A stretch of DNA of 61,439 bases, counting the filler, from Sphacelaria rigidula (lineage: Eukaryota): assembly GCA_964200075.2 (NCBI GenBank). It is 4 parts of 4 records of this genome, joined end to end, with 100 filler letters (N's around TTAATTAATTAA, not from the genome) between each part and the next. Parts side by side here need not be neighbours in the genome. Positions count along the whole stretch, not along the records: positions 30,773 to 46,056 come from CAXNAA020001822.1; positions 46,157 to 61,439 come from CAXNAA020001823.1; 2 more parts are not named here. One strand, written 5' to 3'. The position numbers and the translations under genes were made by a program. The notes under the pieces were generated by a model. That model did no database searches. It saw nothing but the letters and a program-made list of their open reading frames with translations, and was not told the origin of the DNA. Positions 35,256 to 47,641 of this stretch are shown one piece after another (the first letter of the stretch is position 1; the number at the start of each line of letters is the position of its first letter).

Positions 35256-37021
35256 TATTTTTGAAAACCACCCACGAGTGCACTCGTCTAAACGAGTAAT
35301 GACTCGTTTGACCGTTGGAGATATCTGCTTTGGACTGGGCTCGACAGCTTTGTTCAACCCATTCCCCAGTAAGCACCACCTGCTTTTTTTTTATGGACGC
35401 ACCATAACTAAGGTACGAATAGGCGAGGAGGAGTGTGAAATAATGGGAGATAGAGACGGGATTCCCGATCCAAGGACAGCAATGGATCTCTCGACTACAA
35501 CTTGCAGGTGACAACAGGCTTACCCTGGTCAGCACGTTATATTCACTCCCAAGGGAAGCATTCGCGTGCATTCAACAGTACTGCGAATCATATTGCGGAC
35601 AAAACGCGCATTAACTACACCCTCACACAGCAACATCACCGCAGGACAACCTTCGGGAGAACCTGCGCGCAGTAGGGGATCTTCCACGCACAGGAGCACA
35701 ACGAAAATGGTTCGTCTACGGTGTGGAGGTTCAAGACGTACAGGATTGGGTCACTGCGGCAAAAAACCAATGGCACCTTGGAGTCGTGCGCATTTGGTCT
35801 GACAATGCTGCTCTCTCAGCTACGTAGAATGAGCTTTAGTTCACAGAAATCGATTCAGGAGGGAATGAACAACAGCAAGGCGCGCGGATATGAAATGAAA
35901 ACCGACGGACGTGGACGCCGTTTGTGTCACCTTGGCTGCATGGCTATCGAAAACATCAGCTCTTGCTCGGTGCTCATTAGACGCAACCCTAAAAAGTACA
36001 ACGTGTTCAGTCAACCGGAAGCTACACTCGGTGTTCGTGCTCTTCCATTGGGAGCTGTACATCCTCGCATGGCGTACGAGGTCGTGTCAAGAGCATTCTG
36101 GCTGCGTGTTTCGAACCGCACTTGTTGGTCCATCGAAAAGCACCATGGCACCGCGTATGTTCACGTTCACCGGTCGAAACCATGGATGTTGGCCTTGCGA
36201 GAGACTCCCAGCGATGACCGAAAACAAAATAGGGCAAGAGACAAAAATGGGTATACGCACGCCCTTGTCAGCCGAAACGTGGGAACGGGCAAGCGCGAAA
36301 GTTGGAGCTGCCCGTGTAAGGTACAAGCTTCGCACGGGTTGTGTGTAGACCTTGGATCGCTTAGGTGTTGGTGATACAACATGCTGCTGGGTCGGCGTGG
36401 TCGGCGTGGTCAGCACCCAGGCCGTAGAAAGCGGTAGCGACAAGTGCTAAAGACTTTCGTAGGCCATTCGATCATTGGCCATGCGAAAAATAGATTCGTA
36501 GTGCTCAGAATGGTCAAACGTAGATACCCTTCGGACGGAAAGTGGGGTCAAACATGGACGTGAAGGGGTACAAGATAAACATGTGAAGTGATTGATGGGT
36601 ATACCCACCTGAATGTAAGACAAGCGGGTATTCTGCGAGTGCCTTGTCCCCCATTGTGCTGCTGCGCCCTAGACCGCGCTTTTTTTCGCAAAAAATGGTA
36701 TACATGCTCTGCACGGGCGATGGACCCGTTGTCTTTGCGTCGCGGATGATGGATTTAGCGGTTTGGACCTTGCGCGGGCAGTTCCAATTTTCGCGTGTAC
36801 CTGTACAGTACCCACTCTCGTCCACGTGTTGGCTGAGTCTAAAAATTGACACTCCTCTAACACGCGAAACCTTTTTCAGTTTCCCTAGGTATCCTGATGT
36901 TTCTATACCGATGTGAACTGCAGATTAACCGGCTCATGCACGCTCTGCCGCTAGAAAAAATGAAAAAATGTATTGCATGATATATTACCCCAATGATGGA
37001 GCCAGACTCTGCAAAAAAAAC

Positions 37022-37097
37022 TGGAGTTGTCGGGATTCGAACTCGTGCCCTTCAGCCCTCGTGGAAGTCTCCTTGTGCGAGTTAGACAAAGAGGGGC
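37022..37097 (-). mobile_element. Degenerate tRNA-like (SINE head) sequence
   Basis: B-box GAGTTCGAATCCC (37044-37032), a weak A-box upstream and a T-run downstream. No valid cloverleaf. Confidence 0.35.
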
Positions 37098-39469
37098 AAC
37101 GGTGTCACATAAAAAGTGGAATGCACGGTTCAACTTGAGGAGTTTTGAGCAAAAATGTTGCATGTACGCTCTTAACGTCAGCACACATCAGCCGTAGATA
37201 TAAATATACATATATGTTCAGTTGAACGTGCGAAGTCTACAGTATTTCAGGATCATAAACTAGCCCTAACCGGCTGTTTCTCTTTTTCTTTTCTTGGCTA
37301 CTGCAAAATGTTTTGGCGCCTTGAAGATATTCGCCTTGTGTTATTTTTTCAGTCTCTACCTCTTGAAAACGGGCCGTGCGAACCTGGGCAAGCGCCAAAC
37401 AATGTTTTAGCCTGGCCCAGCTCGTATTGTCTTCCAGAAAACTTGAACATTTCGGGTCCCCCAGTCAAGTGGTTACTGTTTTGCCGCTATTCTCTCTCAG
37501 AGAATAATCCCCAACGTTTGATCGACCCTTCGATCGCGACTTCCACCCAAACCGTCCACGATTGTCCGCGGTTGCCTTTGGCTTCGGAACTGGTGTTTAT
37601 CAGGTGGTATACTGTACCACGCCCCTTCGTATGAGCAGGTAAGTATTCAGCGTTGGCATGGTAAACAGTGCAGAAAAGCCCCTGACCTGCGCTGGCCACA
37701 TCATGTGTATACGTTCTGTTCGGCTGCGTGGATTGTGCATGCTGTCTCATCCAAGTGAGTGGTGCACGCCGGCTATCGATCCCGCTGCGATGTACACAAA
37801 CAAAAATCTTTCTGCCTCGCTTTCTTAGAAGTATCGGTGCTGTCAAGTCAATGCTGACACATCTCCTTCGACGTCGCACAGCATACCGCACCTAAACCTT
37901 ACTCCACGATACCATGCTGCCGATATACCGTGAAGACAAGCATTTTTCTTCGGCGGCTGCATACAATAAACAGTACCGTACCTGCTGTTTCTGTCTCTGC
38001 TCAGTGTTCCACGACAGCAATGCGTAGCGACCTCCACAACATGAGAGAGGGTGACCAGGTGGCGAAACCCGCACAAACAGCAAAGATATGATATTTTTCT
38101 TGTGTCGTCCGATGATTGAGATTATTATCAATAACCGATGACTGAGAGGCCGTCGCTTATTGATCGATTGGTCATCGAACATCGCTAAAATGATTAAATC
38201 TACCATGGCCTTTAGGTGGGCCATAAAAGGCACTCTGAAGACGTAGAAAGTATCAAGAGGGTGACCAGCCACTTCAGGCCTATTCGCCGAACCTAGAAAT
38301 TTCCAAAAATCATGCATGGTTGACCCAGGAAACGTTCTTTGACGATAGGGGAACCCGCACGCCGTCCCAGTCAGAAACATGAAAATCTTCGCATATTTCG
38401 CCGATGATACTATTCCGAAACGATTTTATATTATTTTAACGCCGGACGGCCAACTGACGATTTCTAGCCGGGGGCTTGGATTTGTTCTCGGTGGAGAGAA
38501 CATCTACATAGGGAAGACCATTGCCACGCACATGCGGCGCGTCACAGTATAATAGTACAGCTATCCCTGCACAAGCCGGAGCCAGCGGCATTACCCTTTC
38601 AAAAATTGAAACAGTACGATACAGACAGTAGCCGTGATCACACGAACAGTAAAGATAGCATATATGAGGTCAACACGCACGACTGTTTCCTACCGAATAG
38701 ATGAAGTGCCCGGCAGAATTGGTGGGGGGCGTACGCGCTGAAGGGGGCGCGTGCGGGCGTGGTGAGGTGGAGCTGTAATTTTGGGCCGAAGCAGATGTGC
38801 AGAATTTTCTTCCCAACAGCAACGGCCAATTAGCCATGAGAACGAACACACGTTGGCACACTCAAGCAACATACGTGTAACGGGTTTGTGCTTGTTCTTC
38901 TCACAAACCTCTCCTGACATCAGCAGCTGTTTGCTGCTGAGCCGTCGGTAGACATAATCTACAAAACACATCAACCCGTTCTCTCGATCACGCGGGCCTC
39001 AAGTCTTACCGGTCAAAATGTAAAAACTAGCACCGGGATGAAAATACTGTACGCCAAGGGCCCGGACGGCCAACTAGCGGTCATCAACGCCTAGACTCTT
39101 GCTATCCCCCAAGGATCGGGGGGAGTTTTTGATCAGCCAGTTGGCCGGGGCGCTACAGTAGAAGGGTTAAGACACGTCCTGACGCACCCTCGACAGCGTT
39201 TGCTTCCACACTGACACAAAAGTAGGGTCTCAGCTCCCTTGCATTTGAGAACGTATAGTGTCGCGGTTTGAAACCAAGCATACGTACACCAGTATACGAA
39301 GAGTAGCAGCAGTGGTGGTGGCATTGCAATCATAGTGCACATCGCGGCGTGGACAGTACTGTCGGTAACTTCTCTGCTCGCGCTCAGTGTCGCGTGTATT
39401 TTCAATATATTTCGGCGGTCTTGCGCAAGACGCGCAACACAAACGAGAATCATGGGTGCGCGATCTCTG

Positions 39470-39815
39470 CTGGAATAAGAGTAGCTCACAAATACGCTAC
39501 AAGAGCACCGTATAGTACTAAGACCAACAATGTTTTCGTGAAATTGACTTCAGGATACGACGGAGAGTGAGAAGCGGTCAATTAATGAATGACATAGTTT
39601 CAATTCCGAAATGCCGCCCCAGGCCTTATATACGCTTTCTGTGGTAGTTTGCCACTGAAGCACTTGGTATCGCTGAGAAGGATATCGACGTGTAGCTGGA
39701 AGCATGCGGCAGTGTTACAGACAGAGAAGAGCACCCACAAAATGAAAAGTTGGTCAAGTTAGAGCGAAAAATAAAGCTCACTCTCAATCAACGTAAGACT
39801 CTCAATCCCACGAAA
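39470..39815 (+). repeat. Dispersed repeat, copy 1
   Basis: Colinear diverged similarity to about 55340-55675, with shared AGTGAGAAGCGGTCAATTAATGAAT, ATACGCTTTCT, AGTTAGAGCGAA and AGACTCTCAATC. Confidence 0.85.
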
Positions 39816-39934
39816 ACACTGTCGACCTTACTACAAGAACGCACCTTGCCATATCTTGTACCGTGGGCAGGCAAGAATGCCCAGGATCCAATTCATCCGG
39901 TCGCCGACTGTACTTCTACTGCACCGTGCCGTAA

Positions 39935-40700
39935 GCGCGTGTCTTAGAACATTTGTTTTCGATTGAAAAAGGGGGCGGTGGAGTTGATATGGGCGAAGTT
40001 CGCTCATTTTTGTCGAGTTGGGGCCAGGCGAATTTTCAGGCTTTCGATCGAAAAAAGGCAGTGCAATTCGTGAAACGGTACTTCGTCGCTTGTGTACAGT
40101 ACAGTCTGTACCGCTTGCATGTAGTGTGTCTGGGTATGTGTGTGTGTGCAGTACAGACAGCACAGGACTATCTATTCTCTTTGCTTACAATGCGACGTGA
40201 AAAAGACTTGAAAAACGTAAGGCTTTGTACTGCCTACACTGTCCATAAGCGCGTAGGCAACCCGGTTGCCCACCCTACCACGCAGTTCCGTCGCTGATCC
40301 CTACCATCGAAGAAGACGCTCAAGTTTCCGTCAACAAAAAGTAAAGAAACCGTACCCAACTACTGCAGCGTATCTACCCTTGCGCTCACTCGTGCTCTAT
40401 GTTACAGGGTTGAGGTAGTAGCGGAGAATGAGTTGTGTGGAGTTCACACGGTTCTGTGAATCGGTGGTATCTGGCGTGGTGGTCTGTAAGATAGGAGTCC
40501 AGTGCCGCTTCGTGCCATTAGATCGCATGTTTTCGATCGAAAAAGCTTAGCTTTATTGTTTTTTCCTTCTTCTCCACGCGCCACTAATTATATAATTGAG
40601 TTGAAGCCTCCATGGAACAGAAATGCGATGGACCTATCAGATCGAGAAAAAAAAAACGACCGCACTTTTTCGATCGAAAAACATGTGCTAAGGCACGCCC
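39935..40700. mobile_element. PIF/Harbinger (Tourist-like) MITE A1
   Basis: TIRs of about 40 bp: GCGCGTGTCTTAGAACATTTGTTTTCGATTGAAAAAG and CTTTTTCGATCGAAAAACATGTGCTAAGGCACGCCC. Flanks TAA and TGA; body homologous to 42680-43548. Confidence 0.8.
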
Positions 40701-40703
40701 TGA

Positions 40704-40896
40704 GGCCGTGTCTTACTTCACACATCATTTTTTTATTGAAAAAGTGCGATGCGAAACGAAAATCCCGATCTCATAGGACGTGCTTTCAACCATCTTCAAG
40801 ATCAACGACGATGGTTGAAATCACGACCTATCAGATCGGGGTGTTTGTTTTCCACCGCACAATTTCGATCGCAGACTAATTTGCAAAGACACGCCC
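40704..40896. mobile_element. Foldback Tourist-like MITE B
   Basis: Ends GGCCGTGTCTT and AAGACACGCCC; imperfect palindrome over its whole length centred near 40800; TGA on both sides. Confidence 0.8.
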
Positions 40897-40967
40897 TGAG
40901 GGCCTGTCTTGAAACTTTTCTTTTCGATTGAAAACATCGGCGGTGGAATCGATTTGAGCGAAAATTT

Positions 40968-42671
40968 CAGGGGTCTACACATTACACGTTCACGTTACGT
41001 TCATCACGTAATTTGTTTTTCATGTTCACGTTACGTTACGGGTGTCACGTTAAATAAATTCTAACGTTCCGTTCACGTTACGTTCATCACGTGAAAAACA
41101 ATTAACGTTACGTTTCGTTACGTGTAACGTAATATGAAACGTTTCAATGTCACGTGTAACGTCTAATGTTACGTTACGTTGACACGTGTAACGTTCGAAT
41201 GTAACGTTTCATTCTGTGCATGTCGCGGCTCATTTACCAGTGTTTAAGGCGTTATGCAACGTGTGGTGTAACGCGTGATGTTACCGTGTAGGTGACGCTG
41301 ACGGTGACCCGCCGGGTACTTCTTATGTGTGAAAGAACCTCTATATAAAAACGCGTTTTCTGACAAATGGTCAAAAACCCACTTCTTTCATGATCAGAAA
41401 ACGCGCTTTTGTATATAACATTCTCTGATATCATTTTCCGACAGCCCAAATCTATCAGAAAATCCTGATTTTCTGATAGATTTGGGCTATCGAAACTCAT
41501 ATTGAAAACGCGTTTGAAATCCCGCCGCACGCCAACATACCCTCTAGCTCACGACAGCAGCCATGGTGGCTTGGCTGCCATCACCACTGCTGTCACTGGT
41601 GCTCGCGGGCATTCAGTGTGTTGCTTCACTGTCCTTCGCTCGCCAGTATCATGGCGGCCCTTTACCCCATGAGAACAGCACAGGGCAGGGTCGATGACGA
41701 GTGCTGTACAGACACCATGTATGTAGTTTGGACAGTATTATAGCTCGCAGTCCAGGTCTGTGCATGCAGCGTGTTGTGAACAGCACTCGCAATGCAGTAC
41801 AGACTGCGCACACACCCAAGACTTGTATAGACAGGGCCGCACTGCCTGTACACACAAGACCACGGTATGAGCAGTGTTACTGCTGTAGTGTCTACAGGGC
41901 TTGGGTGCTTGGGCAATCTGTACTGTATTCGAGTGCTGTTTGCATCACGCTGCATGCACAAGAGTGCTGCGGCGCTCTCGCGCGCCCCAGAATTTGAAAT
42001 TATGCCTATACATCTCTTAGAAAACGATGAACACTACGTTTCCAATTTTGACAGTGCGTCGATCACGCGAGAAGGGCTACTTTCAAAAATTATGTGGAAA
42101 ATCGCGCTGTTGAAAAACGGCTTTTCTGACAACGCGTTTTTTTATACATTAGAAGTAGCCTTGAATGTGGTCGAGATGATTATGATGTTATGATGCAGCT
42201 CTACAAGGATAACTTGGGATATGACGTGGTGGGGAGAGCGCGAAATTGCTGCAATGGTACCATACAATTACCATCATCATTCAAACTCACTCGTGTTTTT
42301 CCAAGCACAATCTTCTGGGATTTTGAAATTCATTGCAAACTTCAAGTTCCATCACTTCATGTGACGTGTTCATGACGTTTCATGTAACGTGTAACGTTAT
42401 GTGTGACGTGACGTGTAATAGACGTTACACGTTACATGAAACGTTTCATATACCGTGATTTGAACGTTTGGGCAATTTAACGTTCACGTTACGTTACGTA
42501 TGTCACGTTAAAAAAATGAACGTGACGTGAACGTTTCATTTAAAAATTTAACGTTACGTTGACGTTACGTTCATCACGTAAAAAATATTTAACATCCACG
42601 TTACGTTTCGGCCAAAACGTAACGTGAACGTAACGTGTAACGCTGTGGCACGTGTAACTTGTAGACCCCTG
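40968..42671. mobile_element. hAT-like non-autonomous element with ACGTTAC/GTAACGT subterminal repeats
   Basis: Perfect 12-bp TIR CAGGGGTCTACA / TGTAGACCCCTG; 8-bp TSD GAAAATTT / GGAAATTT; dense ACGT-motif arrays at about 40980-41290 and 42355-42660. Confidence 0.88.
41759..41960. repeat. Inverted repeat (arms about 73 bp) nested in the hAT-like element
   Basis: TGTGCATGCAGCGTG..AACAGCACTCG..CAGTACAGA..CACCCAAG is mirrored by CTTGGGTG..TCTGTACTG..CGAGTGCTGTT..CACGCTGCATGCACA. Confidence 0.85.
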
Positions 42672-45600
42672 GGAAATTTCTCGTTTTGAAGCAGTTGGGT
42701 CCAGATGGATATTCAAGCTTTCGATCGAAAAAAGGCAGTGAAATGCGTGAAACGGCACATGGTCACTCGTGTACAATACAGTCTGTACTCTCTGCACTGG
42801 TTGCAAGCAGGGTGTCTTGAGTGCGTGTGTAAGTGTTTCGTGCAGGAGGATGTAAAGGAGAAGCGGGTAACGTACAGTACAGACAGCCCAAGACTATCGC
42901 TTCTCTCTGCTTACAATGTGTTCTGTGTGTGTTGTCGTCCCATCTATTCTGGGCGCCGGTCTACGCCTTTCGGTATATGTGGGCGCACCAGCCGGGGTCA
43001 CGCAGGAGGAAGGTCAACACGGGAGCTTTTTTACGATGCGACGTGAAAAGGACTTCACCAACGTGCAGCTTTGTACTGCCTGCACTGTCCATGAGCGTGC
43101 ACGCAACTCGGTTGCCCACCGTACCACGCAGTTCCGTCGCTCACGCCTACTGTGAGGGAAGATGCGCGACTTTTCGCCAACAAAAAATAAACAAAGCACA
43201 CTCGACTACTGCAGTGTATCTGTCCTTGTGCTCAACTCGTGCACTATGCTGCAGGGTTGCGGTGGTGCCTGATAATGAGTTGGATGGAGTTTGCATAGTC
43301 CTGTGAACCGGTGTTTCTTGGCGTGGTGGTCTGTAAAACAGGAGTGACGTGCCGCTTTGTGCCTTTCGACCGCATGTTTTGGATCGAGAACGATTGTTTT
43401 TTACCTCGTTGCATTCTTCTCCGCGCGCCGCTAATTATAATTTTGAGTTGAAGCCTTCTGGGAACATGAATGCGGTGAACCTATCAGATCGGCAGAAAAA
43501 CAATCGACCGCACTTTTTCGATCGAAAAAAAAGTGCGAAGACACGCCCTAATGCCAACTCTTATGGAAGCGTTTAAAATTATATTTTGCAATAATTTTAA
43601 ACGACTTTTTTCTTCTTCTTTGCCGTAGTTGTGTATTTTGTGCCCGTTCACCATGATGACAAAGAAAAAGAAAAAAACTCCTCTGAAATTGTTGCAGAAT
43701 AGAATTTCAAACGCTCCCATAAGAGTTGGCCGAAGACTCAGTATTCTCGAGGCAAGAGAAAATGAGCTTGAGGCTGTGAGCATGGTGATGGTCACGACGA
43801 AGGGCGCACGTATGGCAACCATGTAACGTTCCCTTTCGCACTCTCATCGGATTGTTGCTCCGCTCTCACAAAAATTAATTCGAAACTGATCAATTATTCT
43901 TGATAGGGATGAATACTGTCTGTATGAGGAAAGGAACTTAAAATTGCTGCCACACGTGGGCTGCTATCATTGTCAACAGCACTCTCACAGTCGCATTCTC
44001 ATGTTTTTTGGTCTGGATAAGGCAGGGGCCAATTCTCCGTAGGATCTTCTTAAATGAAGGTAAGATGTCATGATCGCATAGTAATGAACAACGGATGCAC
44101 GGCGCAAGAACGGTTGCACGGCCCGTTCGAGGGTATATCGCCGCGACTGCAGGATCAACACAAGGTCGACGAAGCAACAAGCAGCATCAATATCAAGATG
44201 GGAATGCAACCTATATACTAGTGTACACATACCGCTGGTGATTGCTTCTCGCATCGCCACTTTCCGTTCACGTCGTGTTTCGCAAGATCAACGCCGTCCC
44301 CCGCAGAGTTACTTTTAAGGTTCATGGCAGAGTTCCTGTGAGCCATCACCGGTGCATGTGGCAGCATGACCATTGAGAGAAAAATAACTCCAAGATTCTT
44401 CGCTCCCAGGCGCGCTGTCGTACTTCGTATGGCGAACATGATCTTGCCTTGACGCCAGCCCCGTCTCACGGCAGCATCCTTGCGGTCTTGTCGGCACGAC
44501 CAAACATTTATGTCATTTTCCAGTGGATGGATGCGTATTAACATATCCGTCACACTAGCTCGATCTCTCCAACCCGTGGTCACAGTATACCTCAGGATAA
44601 TTAGCAGGTGCCCCTCTAATGTTTGAAGGCTCTCGGACGAGAAATGACAGAAGCCGACATGGGCAAAGCGGTGGTAGAGCAAAAAGTAACTTGTGTCGCA
44701 TCACCAATTCAGAGATAGAAACGCAAGAAAAGGTAGGCTGATCGAACCATGGCAGTAAGAAGCTCTGATCCCAACCGTAGCTTCGGCGAGGTGGGACGTG
44801 GTGTGCATATGGGCGTGGTGTGCGTATGGTGTGTAAAAACCTGAAGATCGCCCATATGCCCGCTCTACATTGCATAACATCTTTGGGTGCGATCCATCCG
44901 TGAGGGCTGTTGAAAAATGCCGCGTATCCAGTCTTATTCCGAATCTGCTATAGACCGGGATCTAGGGGAATCCCTTCTTGGGCATCAGCATGTGGCTGCC
45001 GCTTGCAAGTTCAAGAAGGGTATGCGCGTGCGCACGTGGCTTGCTCCAGCAAAAGTACGGCGATGTGATCGACGCTAACATAGTCTCAAGTAGCGACGAG
45101 TTCTTGGCATCTATTCCAGATGGTACCGGATCGTGGAGGAAGGAGCTAAGAAGTGCATGACAGGATGCAGCGCACGCCATGCAAATGAACTCCCAACTTT
45201 TTGCTGCATCACCACTAGAGTTCCCTCAATAATTTCGATGTTGATCGTAAAAGGTCGCTGAAACGTGACGAGCAGCCCATCCCGTAGTGTACTCGCTGAG
45301 GCTCTGCCGCCTTCCTGGGAACTTTGGTGATTTTTTTCCATGAGCACCTGGGGATGTTTTTTCACTCTTGCTTGGTATTCGATTCAATTCCTTTACTGTT
45401 GTGTTGGCAGATCTGATTGGTTTGCTTTAATCATATGCACCCCCCTAATTGTCGGCGGGGTTTTTGGTGAATTCGCGTGCGCAGGGTGCTCAACAAGGTC
45501 GAAGGTTGCACTGCTTGGGTATTTGTTTCCCGGGCGTGGTCTGGGTCTCATTTCCCTTCAATATCTCGCCACAGCCCACGATAGGAGTAGCAGCAGGGGT

Positions 45601-46056
45601 CATACGATAGCCCCTCAGACGTGGCTGGTTTGCGCATTATAGTTTGTTCCTGTAGCCAAGCAGCTAGGATTCGTAGTTTGCAGTGTGTGGCGTCAAAGCA
45701 GGCGCGACTGACGCATCAGCCATGTGTTGAATCAGATTATACCACCTGATTCGGCGTACGTCCGCGACGCATCCGTGAACATATTTGTTCTTAGTTCCAA
45801 GGGTCTACTGTCGAGAAAAAAAATCTGGACACGTAGGCCCCAGGATTAAAAAAATAAAAAAGCGAGTTTTTTATGGGGGGGAGGTGACACCCATTCTGCT
45901 GTCCCCTAGTTTATTGCCGAGGCGTTGGCGAGTGCGGTCAGCTACCGTCTACAAAGATCCTTCGCATGGAGGAGCAATGCTACGGTAGGGGTGCACTTTT
46001 TTCGCGAAATTTTGTCCGGGTCAGAGGCTCCTAACGATTCTAGACTCACAAGAATA

Positions 46057-46156
46057 NNNNNNNNNNNNNNNNNNNNNNNNNNNNNNNNNNNNNNNNNNNN
46101 TTAATTAATTAANNNNNNNNNNNNNNNNNNNNNNNNNNNNNNNNNNNNNNNNNNNN
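46057..46156. other. Artificial contig linker
   Basis: 44 N + TTAATTAATTAA + 44 N. Confidence 0.97.
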
Positions 46157-46764
46157 CTGCAGTGGATAGTGGTCGGTCCATTTTACAGATATATAGTGCC
46201 AAAATCGGGCCCATTCACCCCCATAACTGTGACAGCAGATTTAGGCAATGGACGATCGAAGACTGACTAAAAGTTTCTCCGAAGATACAGCATTGGGTTT
46301 ATTATTGGAATTTCTTTTCCAAGTCGGGAAAAAAAGTAATGAGAAGGAAAAAGTCGAAAATATCTGAAAAAATTGCTCCGTTATCAAGACCCCTAACCTG
46401 CCGTGAATAGCTGAGTGTTCCACCCCATCATGCCCATATTATTCGGTGTGTCTGGTTTTCAAACCTTTTCGTCGGCTTTTACATTGTATAGTGCACTGCA
46501 GTCCTCACGTGTGCAGTATCGAGATTGTGTATAGGCGAAAACGGACGAACCAGCGCTAGCGATGATTCTCGGGGCGCATCTTTTCCGGATTGGTAGCAAT
46601 TGGCATCGGAAATTTGCATCGCCTCGTTGAAAAAATCGTGCAAGTTTCCAGAAAAAAGTGCAAACATCAGAAAATTGTGCATGGATACCGTGCAAAAATA
46701 CGAAGGGAGGAGGGGGAGAAGAGGGTTACACACACATAATTTCATCACCAAGAACGGTACCCAC

Positions 46765-47040
46765 CAGTCGTGATTTGAGTACTCCCAAAGGCAAGGTGAC
46801 CACGACGTAACCGGCCCGCATCATCGTCGTCTTCCCTTTGCTCTGCATCACCACCTCAACGCATGAAGCCGCATCGTCCAGCAATTTGATGGACTTGACT
46901 TCGGTGTTCAGTCGGATGTCCAGCGTTTCCGCCACCTTTGAAGACAACGCGCCGTAGCCCTCCTTGATGATCACATGAGCACCGCCAAGGTCGTATGTAT
47001 CGTCCTGATTCCAATGAAGGTGGTCCAGGTCGTTCAGATC
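46765..47040 (-). CDS. LSD1/KDM1-like flavin amine oxidase, exon 3 (later exons beyond the contig end)
   Basis: CAG|DLNDLDHLHWNQDDTYDLGGAHVIIKEGYG...LDIRLNTEV...VVVTLPLGVLKSRL|GTGGGT. WxQDD and TLPLGVLK are LSD1-family motifs. Confidence 0.9.
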
Positions 47041-47641
47041 CTGTCGCGGGAAATATGACAGATGTGGCGAAGAGAGAGGGAAGTTAGGGCAGTGAAAATG
47101 CGGACGAAAGTACCCCCAGTAAAACTGCGGCCACCGGAAAACGAGAAGATGTCCTGGAACAGCCTCAACTAGTAGAGCAAGTCATTCCAACGTATCGAAC
47201 TCCGCCAAGCTTTCGTTCGGGGCGTGAAACGACATAAAAGCTCCAAAAAGGCACTTTTCCAGATTTTTATCCTTGCCTGTTAGAAGGAGCGGCCTAAGGA
47301 GGGACAACATGCGTGTGGAAATGCGTTTAATCGCGCGGTACATCCAAACATGTCAACATCGGACAGCTTGTGTGTTGACACGCTTGTGTGTAGACATGGA
47401 ACAGCATAAGTGTGGATGATACAATTCGCTGTGCGTTAATACCAAGCGGTCGAGGAGGAGACAGCCGCATCGATTATTTCGCTCCAATATGTCGAGGCGA
47501 TCTACTGTGCAAAGCACTCCTAGTGCTTCCGCGCTTGCGTCGATCAGGGTAAAGCGCATTGTCGAAGGCGACACATTCGTTACTGCCCACGACCTCTGAA
47601 AGGTTTTTGAACGCCTCATGATCGCGGACGGCGGAGTGTAC

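Larger units (their letters stand above)
33520..35317. mobile_element. Non-autonomous hAT-like DNA transposon with subterminal minisatellites
   Basis: Direct repeat GAGATATC(T) at 33512-33520 and 35318-35326; the LINE is continuous once the insert is removed. Weak TIRs (TATACGCCGGACGAG vs CAACGGTCAAACGAG). Confidence 0.75.
32580..35700 (+). mobile_element. RTE-like LINE 5' remnant (leader and AP endonuclease), interrupted at 33520-35317
   Basis: GAGHAEVVLRKCQAVGCDVIGLQETR...YRVFWGG...GVG (33130-33390). The reading resumes after the insertion as WTGLDSFVQPIP..HHLLFFMDA and RINYTLTQ. No RT is present; boundaries are approximate. Confidence 0.85.
40900..43548. mobile_element. Tourist-like MITE A2, interrupted by a hAT-like insertion
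   Basis: Starts GGGCCTGTCTT, ends AAGACACGCCC|TAA; colinear with A1 once 40968-42671 is removed. Confidence 0.8.

Noticed and set aside
35721-36374. 217-aa ORF after the LINE fragment
   Set aside because: No RT or other recognisable motif.
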